A stretch of DNA of 64,000 bases from NCBI GenBank assembly GCA_048213135.1, contig PS015164.1, forward strand, positions 1-64,000. Direction: 5' to 3'. Below the pieces are notes generated by a model that was not told where the DNA came from, made no database searches, and worked only from the letters and a program-made list of their open reading frames with translations. The DNA comes from Reclinomonas americana ATCC 50394. Taxonomy: Eukaryota. This document shows positions 27,147 through 43,111 of the stretch, piece by piece. Position 1 is the first letter of the stretch, and each line of letters begins with the position of its first letter. Made by a program: the position numbers and the translations under genes.

Positions 27147-30100
27147 GGACTCTGCACTTCCGGGCGAGGGCATTGAGCTGTCGTGTCGACCGACCTTCTA
27201 TCTGCAAGCTGAAGGCTCTGCGGTGGCCGGCACTCTGCTGGTGACTCCGTTCCGCTTGGTGTTCCTGCCTGAGGTGAGCAAGGAGAGAGACAGGAGAAGA
27301 TGGAGGCGAAGAAGACGAAAGAAGAAGAAGGGGGAGGAGGAGGAGGAGGATATGAAGAAGAAGGGAAAGAAGCAAGAGACAACGAAGGGGAAGCGCAACA
27401 ACTGACAGACTGCCAGTGCATGCCAGTTGACTCCCTCGCTTCTTCGTCTTCGTTCGTCTTCTTCGCCTCCTCTTCTCCTTCTTCTTCTTTTTGTTGTTCT
27501 TGTTCTTCTTCTTCCTCTTCTTCTTGTTCTTGTTCTTCTTCTTCTCCTCCTCCTTCTCTCTCTCTGTCTTCTTCTTCTTTTTCTTCTTCTTGTTGTTCTA
27601 GTTGTTCTTCTTCTTGGTTTTTCTTGTTCTTCTTCCTGTTCTCCTTCTTCTTCTCTTCTTCTTCTTCTTCTTCTTCTTCTTCTTCTTCTTCTTCTTCTCC
27701 TTCTTCTTCCTCCTCTTCTTCTTTTCCTCTCCCCTCTCTCCCACCCTCACCATCTCCTTCTCCCTGACTGGTCTTTTGGTGATAGGATCGTGCGGCGGCT
27801 GNNNNNNNNNNNNNNNNNNNNACGGTGCAGTTGGTCTGTCGATTCCACTGCTGTCGATCTACTCGTGCAAGAAAGTGGGCGGGCGCTCGAGTCGTGGCGA
27901 TCATTCGTATCAGTTGGTGATCAAGAGCAAGGATATTCGCATGGCGCGCTTCTCGTTGGATTCGCGGCAGAGGACTCGCAAGGTGTGTGCGAGGAAGGAG
28001 GGTGCAATTTGAGTCGGCAGTTTGGTTTCCTTCGTGAGTCTGTCGAAGACCTGCGACTCTGTTCCTGTCTTCGCTCTTCTCTGCATCCCGCTGTCGCTGG
28101 ACTCATTGTTCTCTCTGTTGTGGTCCGCCTTGTCACGACCTTTTTTGTCCTGTCCTCCTCTCACCACTTCCCCCTTCCCCTCACTACCCCTCCATCCCAC
28201 CAGGGCCTCTGCGCGCTCGTCAAGCGCCTCATGCGCCCAAGCCGCATCGACGACACGTTTGCCATCAAGTACGCGCGCGGCGCGCGGCGGAACACCGGTG
28301 ACGTGGACGGCTGGACGCTGTATGTGCCGGAGGTGGAGTTTGCGCGCCAGCGTGCCGTCACGGGCGGCGGCGGGTGGCGGGCGTCGGACGTGAATCGCGA
28401 GTTTGCGCTGTGCGAGACGTATCCGGAGGTTCTGATTCGTTGCGTGATGTGACCAGAACTCAAGGAGGTTCTCTCTCTCTCTCCGGCGCTCACCGCGGAT
28501 TGCATCGCCACACAGAGCCGATCCCTGCCGACAATGAGTTGCTGTCGGAGGTGGCCGGCTTCCGCTCCAAGGCACGCATCCCTACGCTGTCGTGGATGTC
28601 GCGAGAGACAGGCGCCAGTATTTGTCGCTGCTCGCAGCCGCTGGTGAGTGCGTGCGCAGCCGAGAGAATCCATGCCGACGACTGCTCACGTCCTCCAACC
28701 AGGTGGGAGTCTTCAAGCGCACCTCGGAGGCCGATCAGCGACTCCTGACGCTGATTCGGCAGGCCAATCCGCAGGGAGCAGTGGAGAAGCTGCTGGTGAT
28801 TGATGCGCGGCCGCAGGCAAGCGCCACCGCCAATCGGGCGTTCCGTGGTGCCGGCGCCGAGTCGACCTCCGCCTACAGCGACATTGAGATTGAGTTTATG
28901 GACATTCAGAATATTCACGCCATTCGCGATAGTTTCCGCAAGGTGAGCGTGGAGGGGGAAGGGAGGAAGGGAGGAGAGAGAGTGACGATAACAGTGGATT
29001 GTGAAAGCAAAGGGCAGGTTGTCATCAACCTGTGAAGAACAATGAGATCGGCAGATTGAGAGAGAAAGAGAGGAATATGGAGGCGGGTACCACGAGAAAT
29101 CCTGAGCAACAGAACAAGCACAGAGACTGGAAGATGTGAGAGAGAGGGAGAGAGTGGCGATAACAATAAGGGCAGATTGTGATGTGACTCGGAAGATCGA
29201 GGGAGATGAATAATGAGATCGGCAGATTGATAGAGTTGAGAGAGGGGGACAAAGAGAATGAGCAAGAGACAGTAATGAGACTGGAAGACTAGAGGGAGAG
29301 AGTGATGAGTGGCAAAGCGACAGCACAGATACTCGAGTTGGAAGACCGTAGATTGTGAAGAAGGCGGAGATGTGAGTGGTGAGAGAGATACTTGAGAGAG
29401 TGTGTGAGAAAAATAGCAAGAGACTACGTTTGAGAACGAAAAGGAAAAANNNNNNNNNNNNNNNNNNNNGCTCTCTCTCCTCCCTCCTCTCCTCCCTCCT
29501 CTCTCTCTCTCTCTCCCTCTCTCCCTCCCTCTCTCTCCCCTTTGCTCACCGTTGCCCTTTCCATTCCCCCCCCTCTGGCAGATCATCGACCTGTGTGAGG
29601 CCGACTCGAATGCGGTGCTCGACAGCTTCATGAAGGACGTGGACGACTCGGGATGGTTGCGGCACATTCGCTTCATCATGTCGGGTGTGCGCCGCATTGT
29701 GAACGCCGTGCACCTGCAACGTCAGTCGGTGCTGGTGCACTGCACGGACGGGTGGGATCGGTGAGTGGCGAGGAGATGGCCTTCTCTCCCCCTTCTCTCT
29801 CTTCTCGCTCACGTGTCACGTACAGAACCTCGCAATTGACGTCGCTCGCGGAACTGTGCATGGACCCTTTCTACCGCACCATGGAGGGCTTTTGCATTCT
29901 GATCGAGAAGTCGTGGTTGAGCTTTGGACACAAGTTTGGCGAGCGGCATGGTTTGCTTTGATCCACGCACACCCCCTGTTCTCTCTGTCCATGTTCTTCT
30001 CTCACACCATTCTCGTCATCGGCAGCGCACGGCATGAAGGACTTTTTCCACGACCAGAGTGCGCCGATTTTCCTGCAATTCATCGACTGTGTGTGGCAAA

Positions 30101-31124
30101 TCATGCAGCAGTATCCGGCCTCGTTCGAGTTTGACGAATCCATGCTCATCATTGTTATGGATGAGCTGTACAGCTGCCGCTTCGGCACGTTCTTGTTGAA
30201 TTCGATTCGCGAACGCAAGCAGGTGTGGTGGTGACTGAAATCACCCACGATGGAATTTGTTCTTGTGCTCACAACCGGCGACGACCAGGCACAACTGTCG
30301 GAGCGCACCGTGTCGCTGTGGACGTACATTCTCGGCCGGCGTGACCAGCTGCTGAATCCACTGTATGTGGACTCGCAGTCGCCGGCGGCGCTTCCGGAGG
30401 CCAGCAATGTGCTGCTGATTGACACGAGGTGAGCGATGATGTGTGATGAGGAGAGACTCGTCGATTGTGAAGCTCATTGCTTTCCTAGTATGTCATCACT
30501 GCGCTTCTGGACGCGGTACTACATGCGGTGGAGCTCGCAGCGCAGTCGTGAGGGTGCCGAAGGCGCTACATATCACTCTCGCGCGCTGCACAGTGTGCGC
30601 TACTTTAGGGAGCAAGGTGTGTGGCAGAGAAAGAAAGGGAGAGCCTTTACTGGGAGTTCACTGACTGAAAGCGCTGCGCAGCTGATGCGGCCGAGGGAAA
30701 GGTCGCACGATTGCAGGCACAGTTGGACACTGTGACGCGGTCGCACGAGCGAGTGCTCGATGTGGTGAGTGCGATGCCGTGTGGAGTGCCGTGTTGTTTG
30801 CTCATACTTCGTGCACAGCTCTCGGCGGTTCGCCAGCAGACCGCGGAGCACATGGATGCCGCGCTCGCCGCGCAGGTCGACTCGTGCCTCATCAGCGACG
30901 TCCCGCGCAATGTCAATGGGCAGAGCTCCGCGGCGGCGCCGTCGAGCAGTCCGCGTATGAGTGCCGCCGGGGCCATGGCTGCCGTGACTCACATTCCGCT
31001 GAATAGCAGCGGTGGCTCGCCGCGTGCTCCACGGCGGTTGCCGCAGACGTTGCCGGCGCCGCAACAGCATGCACTGTTGAATGGTGCGAGTGGCAGCGGT
31101 GGTGCAGCTGACCCGGCAAGGTGA
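26985..31124 (+). CDS. Myotubularin-family phosphoinositide 3-phosphatase (catalytic motif intact)
   Basis: [75 protein letters not shown]; start approximate. Confidence 0.93.
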
Positions 31125-31875
31125 TGCGGTGGGGTGGGGGTTTTTTAACAGCAGAGAGAGAGAGAAAGGGGGGGGGGGGGGGGCGGTTTCCGTGGTGAAA
31201 GTTGCTTGGCTGAGAGGAGGAGATGAGGGGAGGGAGATTTGGCGTGTGCGCGTTTCCTCCCACAGAAATGGCAACGCCCGCCAGGTTCGTCTTTGTAGAT
31301 ACCACCGACTAACGGTGTGTTTCTCCAACAATTCGATCGCGTCGCAGTTTCGCGATCGGCTTTGAACGCAGATACGGCGATTTGACACACAAATCTCCGA
31401 TCGCGGTTTCAGAAGCACGTGCCTGTTGCCGCCAGTCGTCGTCTGTGTGGGCTTGGTCGTCATCATTGCCTGTTTGACGTTGCGCCACTTTTGAGCCAGC
31501 ACGCCATGACAGGCCACGAATCATGTTGCAGAAGAAGAAAAAAGACAAACCCGGCCTCGCCATCAGCAGCTCGATCCAGGCGACGTTTCCAGCAGAATCG
31601 AGTGCGTATGACAGCGCGCATCGCAGCCAGGTGTCCCGCGGGGCCCCAGCGAAGGAGACAATCGAAATTGCCGGACTGGCTGGTGGGTTGTCCCGTTTCA
31701 CCGATGCACATACATGACAAACCCGGCGACATCGCAGCGGGCGAGCGCCATTCGGGGATGAACAGCCTGGTATTAAACAATCAACGCTTTGTCGGAGACG
31801 AGACCACCTCGACTCTCCACCTCACTTCCTCATTGTTTCCGCCTCTCAACAAGTCACAGTTGAGAGCACCCTGAG

Positions 31876-33717
<1,842 letters not shown>

Positions 33718-34384
33718 GGATTGCCTCTTTTTTTTCTGCTTCTGCTTCTTCTTTTTTCGTTTCCACTCTTTTCTTTGTTTTGCACGTGTTTGTGGTGGAG
33801 TTTTTCTCCATCAGGTCTGCTTGACCATCATCCTCGTTGGCTTCCCAGCATCTTCCGGCCGAGTGGTGAACTCGTCGGTGTGGCGGATGCGTCGGAGTGC
33901 TTCGTGCTGTTGCCGACGGATATTCCACTCACTGGAGACATTGTGCCGTTTGTTGATCCGCCCAAGTCTCTAGTGGTTGCAGTGGTGTGTCCGCACGGAG
34001 AGTACGTTAATCTCTACCATGCCCGGGAAACAGGGCCATCTCCTCTTTCTTTCGTTTCACAATCTTATGACGCGCAGTGTCTGCGCGTCGATTGCGTGTT
34101 TTCCTCTCGTATCTGTCGTGTGGGATTTTCTCTCTATCACCATCATCTTCATCTTCTCCGCCGTTTTCATTCGTTCTCTCTCCCACTGTCTTTTTGCCTC
34201 GTGTGTCTTCCGTCGCCGAGTGCAATGAATCGCAAACTTTGATCGATCTGGATCAATGACGACGCCTCCACTGCTTTGCTTGCTTCACGGATCCGGACTC
34301 GGCTTTGCTTTGTTTGCCTGGCTTATGGCCTTTTCCCGAATTCGATTTGCCGTGTATGATCGCAGAAAACGATGTCTGTCTGCA

Positions 34385-34570
34385 TGCAAGTGCGTCAAAT
34401 CCGCTGTATAACCACGCTTATGAGGTGAAGATCGCAGTTCTCGACTTGTTCGGAGCTCCGAGAGCAAACACATACACACATGGAACCTGCTGCTGCCTCA
34501 AGATTGGTGTCTGTGTTGATATTTTGTACGGTTGTACATCAAGACAGCTGTTGCTAGCTTGTTTGAAATC
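34385..34570 (+). repeat. Dispersed repeat, copy A
   Basis: ggtgaagatcgcagttctcgacttgttcggagctccgag, gcctcaagattggtgtctgtgt and catcaagacagctgttgct also occur on the minus strand at 56570-56926. Confidence 0.85.
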
Positions 34571-34994
34571 AGGACAACCCGAACAAAGACAACTGTCAGC
34601 TGCACTCACCGCACTGCGGCTGTGACGCAGCAGACACGAGCGTGTGCGTCATATCCAACGACCAGCCGAAGTGCAACCCGATCCTGCAGTGGAAACAAAT
34701 ATCGAAATTGTTCGATATCTCTGTTCTCGAGTTGTCGCGCGCTGAATTCGAGGGATGCGTTGCATCGGTAAAGACTGGCGTATTTCCTACTTGCCCATCG
34801 AAGCAACAGAAGGCGCTTGCTTCATGCAGCGTATTTCCGAACATATTGCACCGGTTCATCCGATAGATTTGTGGACCCAAAATATGTCAGAAACTTATTT
34901 GACGTGTTGTCGTGAGAGGGCGCACACAGCCGAGCATTGCGGTCTCTCGTCCGCCGCGTGTCTCCTCAACGTCACAGTTGAGAGCACCGCCGAG

Positions 34995-36787
34995 ATGTCG
35001 TTGCGTTTTTGTGTGTGTGAGCTGCGATGTTGATCTCTCTTTTCCACCCTTTTTTTTGTGCATGTGTGTGTCCTTTTTTCTCGTGCTCCACTCTACTCAT
35101 TGGCACCCACAAAAACTTTCACTTTTCTGTGTGTCTTCTCTCGCGCGTCAACGTGTGACATGTCTGTTATTTGAACTGCATCACCGACGCGCGTTGTCTC
35201 GCTCTCTTTTTCTCTTTCTCACTCTCTCTCACTCTTTGTCTCGCTGTGTGTGTGTGTGTGCGGATGTAACTGTGTCTTTTCTTTCACTTGCTTCATTTTT
35301 TCTAATCTCTCTCTCCCCCGCTCCCCCACCCCTCCTCTCTCTCTCTCTCTTGTGCACGCACACTCTCTCATGCACCTCTCTTCTTGACATCCGCGCCATG
35401 ATCAACGTGCGACTTGTCTGTCTCCCGCAGTGCATGATTTTCCTTAAAATGACCCCACACACACTCACATTTTCGCCCCCACTCTCTCTCTCTCACACAC
35501 ACACAGTGGCCCACGCAAGAGTCGAAACTCGCAGTCGGGCCAGCAACTCCCTCCACCTCCTCTGGTTTGCGCACTGCCTGATTCGCGTGACTCCTCTCTC
35601 GCACACTGTCACTCACTTGTCTCTACAATCAGCATGTGATTCGAATCACCGCGCACGGAGATGGCTTTGCGACAATCCACGCTCCATCCGGCCGACTGCA
35701 CCTCTCCTTGGTCGACATCAACGGCTACGAGGTTCCACTATGGCGAGCATGCCGTGTCAGCGTCGATGACGCTGACCTCGCGGCCGTTGCGCTCCTCAAT
35801 CGGCGCATCAACTCGACCATGATCGTGTCGGCGAGTGGCGGTAGTTCGTTTGTCGTGCGTCTGATGGGCATGAACGGACATTCTGTGGATGTGCGAGTGG
35901 TGCTGACGCCGGAGCCGCCGCTGCCGCTGCCGCCACCGATCCAAGTTCGGGATCTGGGCGTTGGGTGGACCGACTTCACCGAGGGACCGCCGCGTGCGCG
36001 TGCGTTACTGACGTCGTTGCGCTATGTGCACCGAAACGTTTCCGACAAGAAGAAGAACAAGCGTGGGAAGCGTCCGAGCGATGGGCCTGCGGATGGCGAG
36101 CCGCCCGTGCGGCGCCAGCGGACAGACGCTGGTCAGGAGTCAATGGATGTGGATGCGCCGCGCCGGGCCGCGCGTTCTGTCGGCGATCTGCTGTTTGGAG
36201 ACAAGATCGAGGGCATGCGCGACGACAAGCCCGATGCCGAGGTCATCCTCGACCGTGATGAACCAGTGGCGGAAGAGTCTACTCGGAATCACCCGCCAGT
36301 TGCACCCAAGGACGCGGCATTTGCTTATGTGGACCCCCGTCTTGTGCGACTCCCAGACTGCGAAGGAGAGGACGCGGATGTTGCGAAGAGTCTGGTGACG
36401 GGCTTGCAGCTGCTCGCGTACTCTCCTGCCGAGTCGCCGCGATGGACACCACGACGTCAACAGCCGCCACCACCACCGCCGCCGCCGCCACCAATGCAGG
36501 CATTGCCGCCACCGCCGCCGCCGCCGCCGCCACCACCACCACCACCACCACCACCTCCGCCACCAATTCAGGCATTGCCGCCGCCGCCGCCACCACCACC
36601 ACCACCGCCGCAGCAAGTGTCGCGCGCCACCAACTTATTCGACTTCTACCGAGAGTCGTCGCCGCTGCCGCCACCACCGCCACCGCGAGCACAGCGCCAG
36701 CAACCGCAGCCGCAACCACAACCACAGCCACAGCCACTGCCACAGCCACAGCCGCTNNNNNNNNNNNNNNNNNNNNGTGTGCGTTAG
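34995..36787 (+). CDS. Orphan protein, paralog B
   Basis: Exons 34995-34999, 35507-35564 and 35633-~36787 (N gap near end); GRLxLSL, VPxWRAxRV, RALLxSLRY and EPPVxRQR shared with paralog A. Confidence 0.75.
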
Positions 36788-37529
36788 TTGATTTGTTCCG
36801 CCTGTGTCTCCATGGCTGCAGTGGTGCGTCCGCTCGGTGAGTACGAAAAACTCAATTGTGCCCAGGAATAAGGGCCGTATTCTCTTTCTCCTTCTTGTCT
36901 TCTCTTTCGTTTTATCGCGTCTTCTGACGTGCACGTCAACTGCATGTTTCTTCTCGTTACCATCTCCCGATTGCTCGTATATACTGCATTGTGGGGGCTT
37001 TCTGTCGATATCTTCTTCCTTTTTCCCCTCATCTTCTTCCTTCCTCTCCTTTCGAATTCTCGTTCTTCATGGTGTTGTGTTGTGTTGTGTTGTGTTCTCT
37101 TTGCCATTCTCCCTCCTGTGTTGCCTCGTGTACATGCGTTTTCCGTCACCGAGTGCAATGAACAGCTGAAATCGATTGCCATGTTCTACACTATGAATCC
37201 TTCTGCTCTCACACTGACAGTCGAGAGCTCTCCAGCAAACGATCGCCTCCCGATTCGTACACACCGAACGACAGACAACCCCAAGCTTTTGCGACTGCGA
37301 CACCACTTTGCCACCCCCGCGTATCACGCAATACCGTGCTGCATCACACGCATGTTGTTGTCTGTTGTTACGTGCACAAGAAAAAACACAACGACACACA
37401 GGGCGCGATTCACCGCACGCCCCCGAGAATCCGAACCTAATTAAGAAAAGATGCGCCGCTCAATCACTCAATCACTCCTCGTCACTCAGTGAGCGCACGC
37501 ACACACACACACACACACAAGCAACGGAA

Positions 37530-40500
37530 ATGGCCGTGCGTCGCGCCTTTCTCTTCACCCTCGGTCAGTCCATCCGTCCTTCATGCTGCTGCTCTTTCGC
37601 TCACTGACTGACTGTGTGTCGCAGTGTTGGTGAGCACGTTTGTCATTGCTGGCCTGCTCTTCTCATGGCCTCTGCTGGTCGACCTGTGGCAATCAGAGAC
37701 ACCAGAGTTGCGTGTGCGTGTCATGACAAGTTTTCGTGCGCACAACAACAGTCGCTCAAGTGCATCATGATGACAGCTTGGACTTGGAGTATTTCAGCAA
37801 TGTTTTGTCTCGTTGTTGTGGTGTGGTTTAGGTTGTGTTTATGTGTGCTTATGGTGGTGGTGTGCATAGGTGTTTGCGATTGCCAACTCGACGAGAATGA
37901 TTGCCACGTTGTTGTTGGGTTTTCTGTTGGATAAGCTGGGCCCGCGGTTCATGTTGCGTGGCGCGGTCTTCTTCTCCTCCTCAATGGAGTCTCTGTGCCT
38001 TTCTCTCTTTCAACCAGTTCGACTCTTCCTTCTTCTTTCTTCTCTTTGTTGTTCGTTCCCTTCTCCTTTCTCGATCGATTGGTGCTTGCCTCGGCAACTT
38101 GTCTATCGTGAGCGCTGGCAGCTCGGCTCTGCATTCTCTCTTTCTTGTCACCTCTCCTCGCTTGCTGGGCCTTCGATTCACACTTCGTCGCTTCCCTTCC
38201 TCTCTCCTGCAACCAGCTCTTCTCTTCCCTTTGTCGTTCGTTGCCTTCTCCTTCTCAGTGGATTGATGCCGGCCTACACTTGTCTCTCCTGAGTACTGGC
38301 ACCTCGATGTCTGCACTCTCCTCGCTTGCTGGGTCTTTGATACACATTCCGTCGCAACCTTCTTGCATTTCGCTGCACTCGTGAAAGCGACTCATGATCC
38401 CTTCCTCTCTATCTCTGCCCTCCCCTTCGACTATTTCTTCTTCTTCTTCTTCCCATTGTCGATCGTTCCTTCGTTGGCCTCAGCACTTGTCTCTCTGTGT
38501 TTGTTTTCCTTTGAGTCTGTGTTCTCCCTCTTGTCACCTCTCCTCGCTTGCTGGGTCTTTGATTCACATTCCATCGTCTCTTCTCTTTCCTGTGTCGTTC
38601 CTTGCATTTCGCGGCACTCTTGAAAGCGACTCTGAATTCCTTGCCCCCTAATCTCTCTTTCCACCAGTTCTGGTTTCGTCGACTTTTCCTCTTCTCTTCT
38701 CTTCTCTTTTTCGTTCGTTCCCTTCTCCTTCTCGATGCATTGGTGCCGGCCTCGGCACTTGTCTCTCGCCACTCCATCTTACTTTNNNNNNNNNNNNNNN
38801 NNNNNNNNNNNNNNNNNNNNNNNNNNNNNNNNNNNNNNNNNNNNNNNNNNNNNNNNNNNNNNNNNNNNNNNNNNNCCCCTTGCACCGCAGGATGAGCGTG
38901 TGCGCCTCGCTGGCCGTCGTCGGCATCTACCTGCTCTCCTTCCACGAGTCCAAGATGCTGGTGCTGTTCGGAGCGTGTCTGCTGGGCATTGGCGGCAATG
39001 CCATTGGCTATGGAGGTGCGTGTCCGGGAGAGGGGGAGGGGGGAGTCACGAGTTTGACCATTGGCAGCGAGATGAATCTGCATGAAGGGAAAGATGATCT
39101 CCGGACTCTTTGTGAGCAGCGAGGCATTTGGTGGAAGAAAGAGGGAGGAAGAGCGGGATGGAGAGAGTGAGAAATGCGTGTGTGTCCCATCCGCACTCGG
39201 CAGACGAAATCCTTTCTCACTCTCTTCTTCTTCTCGTTCTCTCCCGCAGGATTCAAGGTACACTCGGAATCCGCTGTGCTTCTCTAATTACCTCTGCCAG
39301 TCCCCTCACTCATGGGTCTCGCACAGGTCGGTCGTCTGTTCCCTGGGCGCGAAAGCACCATCATCAGCGTCAACTCGGCACTGTGGGAGCTCTCATTTTG
39401 CATGGGGTGAGTTCGATCTCTCTTTCTTTTTCCCCTGCTGTGCTCTTGTCCGTTCTGTTCCTCATGCGTTCTTTCGATTGTGCATTATTGTTTAACGCTC
39501 TACCCACTATCTGCCTCCCGCTCTCTTTCAACTATTCCGAGATGTCTCCCTCCTCTCGCTTTTCCTTGCCCTCCCTTCCGCTCCCTTCCGCTCCCTTCCC
39601 CTCCTCCCTTCCGCTCCCTTCCGCTCCCTTCCCCTCCCTCCCATTCCTCCCTCCCTTCTCATCCCCTCCCTTCCCCTCCCTTCCCCTCCCTTCCCCTCCC
39701 TTCCCCTCCCTTCCCCTCCCTTTCCTTCCCCTCCCTTCACCTTCTCCTCCCTTTCACTTCGCCTTCCACTTCCCCCTCACCCTCCCTTCCCCCTCACTCA
39801 CCCTTCCTTTTTTATAGCCTCATCTTGCGCGGCATCAAAGCCGTCACCGGAGCCGCCATGGCCACCATCTTCCTGTGGTACGCCGTGGTGGTGGCGGCCC
39901 TGCTGGTGCTGCTGTGGATCGGGTGGACGATCAACCGCGAGTCGCTGATGGACAACACCAAGTTCAAGGCGCCGAGTGCCGTTCGCGGTGCCAGTGCCGC
40001 CATCGTAGAGGCCGCGGCCGCGGCGGCGGCGCAAAACGGCGGCGCCCCTCCCAACCACGTGGAGATGAAGCGCCTGATGCGTCGCGCCATGCACAGTGCC
40101 GCCGACGTGCAAGGCATCGGCCTCATGCACGGTAAGCCGTCGTCCGACGACGTGCGCACGCACATTCACGTGTCGGCCTCCGCGCCGTCGTTCCACGCCA
40201 AGGGCAACAAGTCGCCGACGGTCACCTTTGTCGACGTGCCACCTCGGCGCGGCGCCAATGCCAACGCCACGGTCGTCGCCGACGTTGGTTCCGGTCAACT
40301 CAACACCAACAACAACAGCAACAACAGTGGCGCGGTGTCCGGGTCGGCGGCCACTGGGGTTGGAGCTGCGGCGACCGCCACCACCACTAACTCGACGGCG
40401 CTTGTGGTCGGCCAGGAGCGCACAGCACCGTCGCAGGCCTCGTCGCCCGGCGACTCCGAGTCGTCCCCCGTCACGCCTGCATCTCCACTCGGATCGCCCA

Positions 40501-41890
40501 CGGGAGCCAAGTTCCTCAACGACGACCATTCTCGCCACGTCGACCACGACCACGACGATGAGGAGGAGGAGTATGATCCCGAACTCGCGGCGCTGGAGCA
40601 GGTGGAGGAGCAAAAGGGCCCAGCGGCGCACATTGACTCGCTGCAGGATCTGAAGGAGCACTTCCACTCGGACAAGGTGGTGTTTGGGTTGTACACGGTC
40701 ACGTCGTGGCGCCTGCATGGTCATCACACGGCGGATGAGGTGGGTAATGAGAGGGAGGGGAAGGGAATGGAGTGAGTGAGAGAGAGGAGGGAGTGAATGA
40801 GAGAGAGAGAGGAGGGCAATGACTGCTGACCTCGAGTGAGTCCACTGAGAATGCTAATCACACGCCTCACAGCTCACCACGGTACGACGCGGCCTCTTCT
40901 CCTGGGAGTTCGCCACCCTGACGGCCATTGGTGCCATTGTCAGCTTGGTCACAAGGTGGGGGGTGTGAGCAATCTTTATCTCTCTATTCTCTCTCGTCGC
41001 TGACGTGAGGTTGCACACGCACAGCATGTACCTGGGCACGCTAAATGCGTTCTACCAGAGTTTGGCCCCGAAAGACGTGGCCGACAAGTACATCACTGGC
41101 TACTCGGTCGCGTATCCGTTGCGTTTTCTGCTGCCGGGTGAATAGTGAGCATTGAGAATGTTGCTGACCAAGAAAGTGTGCAGGTTTACGGCGCTGACGG
41201 TGGTCATTGCCGACTGGATGATCCGGAAGAAGGTCAGTGCAATGCGCACGGGTGTTGCAAGGAGACTTGATTTACTCACAGAGAGAGTGGTGGATGGATG
41301 CATGCAGGGCCTCGCCATGTCCATGCTCACCATGGTCGTCATCGCGCTGGGAGTGTGCGCTCTGTGCATGATCCCATCCATCGAGGCACAGATCGGCAGC
41401 CTCATCATGCTGATCCTGCTGCGCGGACAGGTGAGTGTGGTGGTAGTTGTGTGCATTTTGGAACTGCAGTGGGAACTCACCATCGTTGTTGATGGCAGTT
41501 TTCCGCCGGCGTCATTGTGTGGTTTGCCGAAATGTTGCGTCTTGTCGTGGGCGTGGAAGCATCTCTGTGGTTGCTGACAACCCGCTGCAGTTACCCGCCT
41601 GCCATGTTCGGTCGCATTGTCGGCATCTTCAATGTGTTCATGGCGGGCTTTGCGTACGCCCAAGTCGGTGAGTGTGCATGCGCCGCTGCTGCTGTTATGG
41701 TGTGTGGGCGATGCGACTCACATGCTTGCGTGTGCACACAGGCCTCGTGTGGCTCACATATCACGCGTACGGCGAGCACTTCGCCCTCACGTGGCTGACC
41801 ATTGCCGTGCCACTGGCGCTCACCATTTTCATGGTGCTGCGGTTGAAGAAAATCAGTCCCAGTGTGCTGCAGCCGACACAGTTGCGTTGA
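37530..41890 (+). CDS. MFS transporter, SLC43/LAT3-like, with large cytoplasmic loop
   Basis: LLGFLLDKLGPR (MFS motif A), GRLFPGRESTIISVNSALWELS, YPPAMFGRIVGI; many hydrophobic exons. Confidence 0.82.
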
Positions 41891-42983
41891 TCGATCTACT
41901 ACTGCTTGGCGAGGAGGAGGAGAGGAGTGACAACTGACATGTGACCGCGCGCAGGATTTACAAATACATTATCACCCATGCGCCCAACGTGCATGACGCG
42001 CATCATCACCAGACGGTGCACCTGTGAGCGCAGTGGAGGTGTCATCATACATTTTACCACAATTTGCAGAAGAGAGAGAAGGAAAAAAGAATGTTGTTTA
42101 TTGAAAAGAATCATCTAGATGTTTGCGAAAAAGGGGCAGAAGAAGGAGTTGTGAATAACCACGGGACCGCACTTCTTCTTCCTTCCTTCCTTCTTCTTCC
42201 TTCCTTCCTTCTTCCTCCTCCTCATCCTCATCCTTCTTCTTCTTTTCCCTCTCCCCCTCCCATCTCCTTCTCCCTCCCTCGCTTCTCTTTCTTCATCTCC
42301 TTTCTTGTCCTTCTTTCTTTTGAACCCCAAGGTTGCCAAGAGCCTCAGCAAGTCAAGAACGCATTCATCATCAGTGCATATCTGAAAGAAACGCTCGTGA
42401 GAACGTTATGTACACTGGTTTACAGTGAACTGTTTTTTCGCAATGGACGACGTGACGAGCGCAGTGCCCGACGTGCCACAGGAGCGCAGTGCCGCAACGC
42501 AGGAGACCAGCGACGAGACGATGCCAGCAGGAGGTGAGTCTGAGTGAGTGAGAGTGCTTTGGCCATTTCTTCTCGCGCGCGAACGATTCACTCACACAAC
42601 GACTGCGACGCTGGGCGGGGGGATGTGCAGGCTGGGCGCCCTGGTCACCGTGGAGTTGCGTGAGAGACAGCGAGAGCAAGGGAAAGGGAGGACAGATTGA
42701 GAAAATAGACAATGTGTGCGAGAGAGGGAGTGAGAGAGAGAGAGAGAGAGGAGGGAGAGAGAGAGAGTGTGTGTGTGTATGTATGTGTGTGAGAAGAAAA
42801 AGAGAGAGAGAGCGAAGAGAGAAACTTTGAAACTTTCGATATTTGTCATCTTTGCACTCATTGCTCTCTCCATTCTTCTGCAGATCCATGGCCGGTGTAT
42901 TAACGCATGGCCATCTTGGCAAATATGTCTCTCTTTCAGTGATGTCTGGCGTAAATAAGACCAATTGCTCCTCTCTGAAAACC

Positions 42984-43067
42984 TTAGGCCTGAACGCCCT
43001 TGCCGTGCACGTACAGGTTCCACAGCACGTACCTGCACAGAGAGAGAGAGAGAGAGAGAGTCGAGGG

Positions 43068-43111
<44 letters not shown>

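Noticed and set aside
41900-42900. Possible small spliced gene on the minus strand between the MFS and EBPL genes
   Set aside because: Some splice-like signals, but I could not build a convincing frame or recognise any homology
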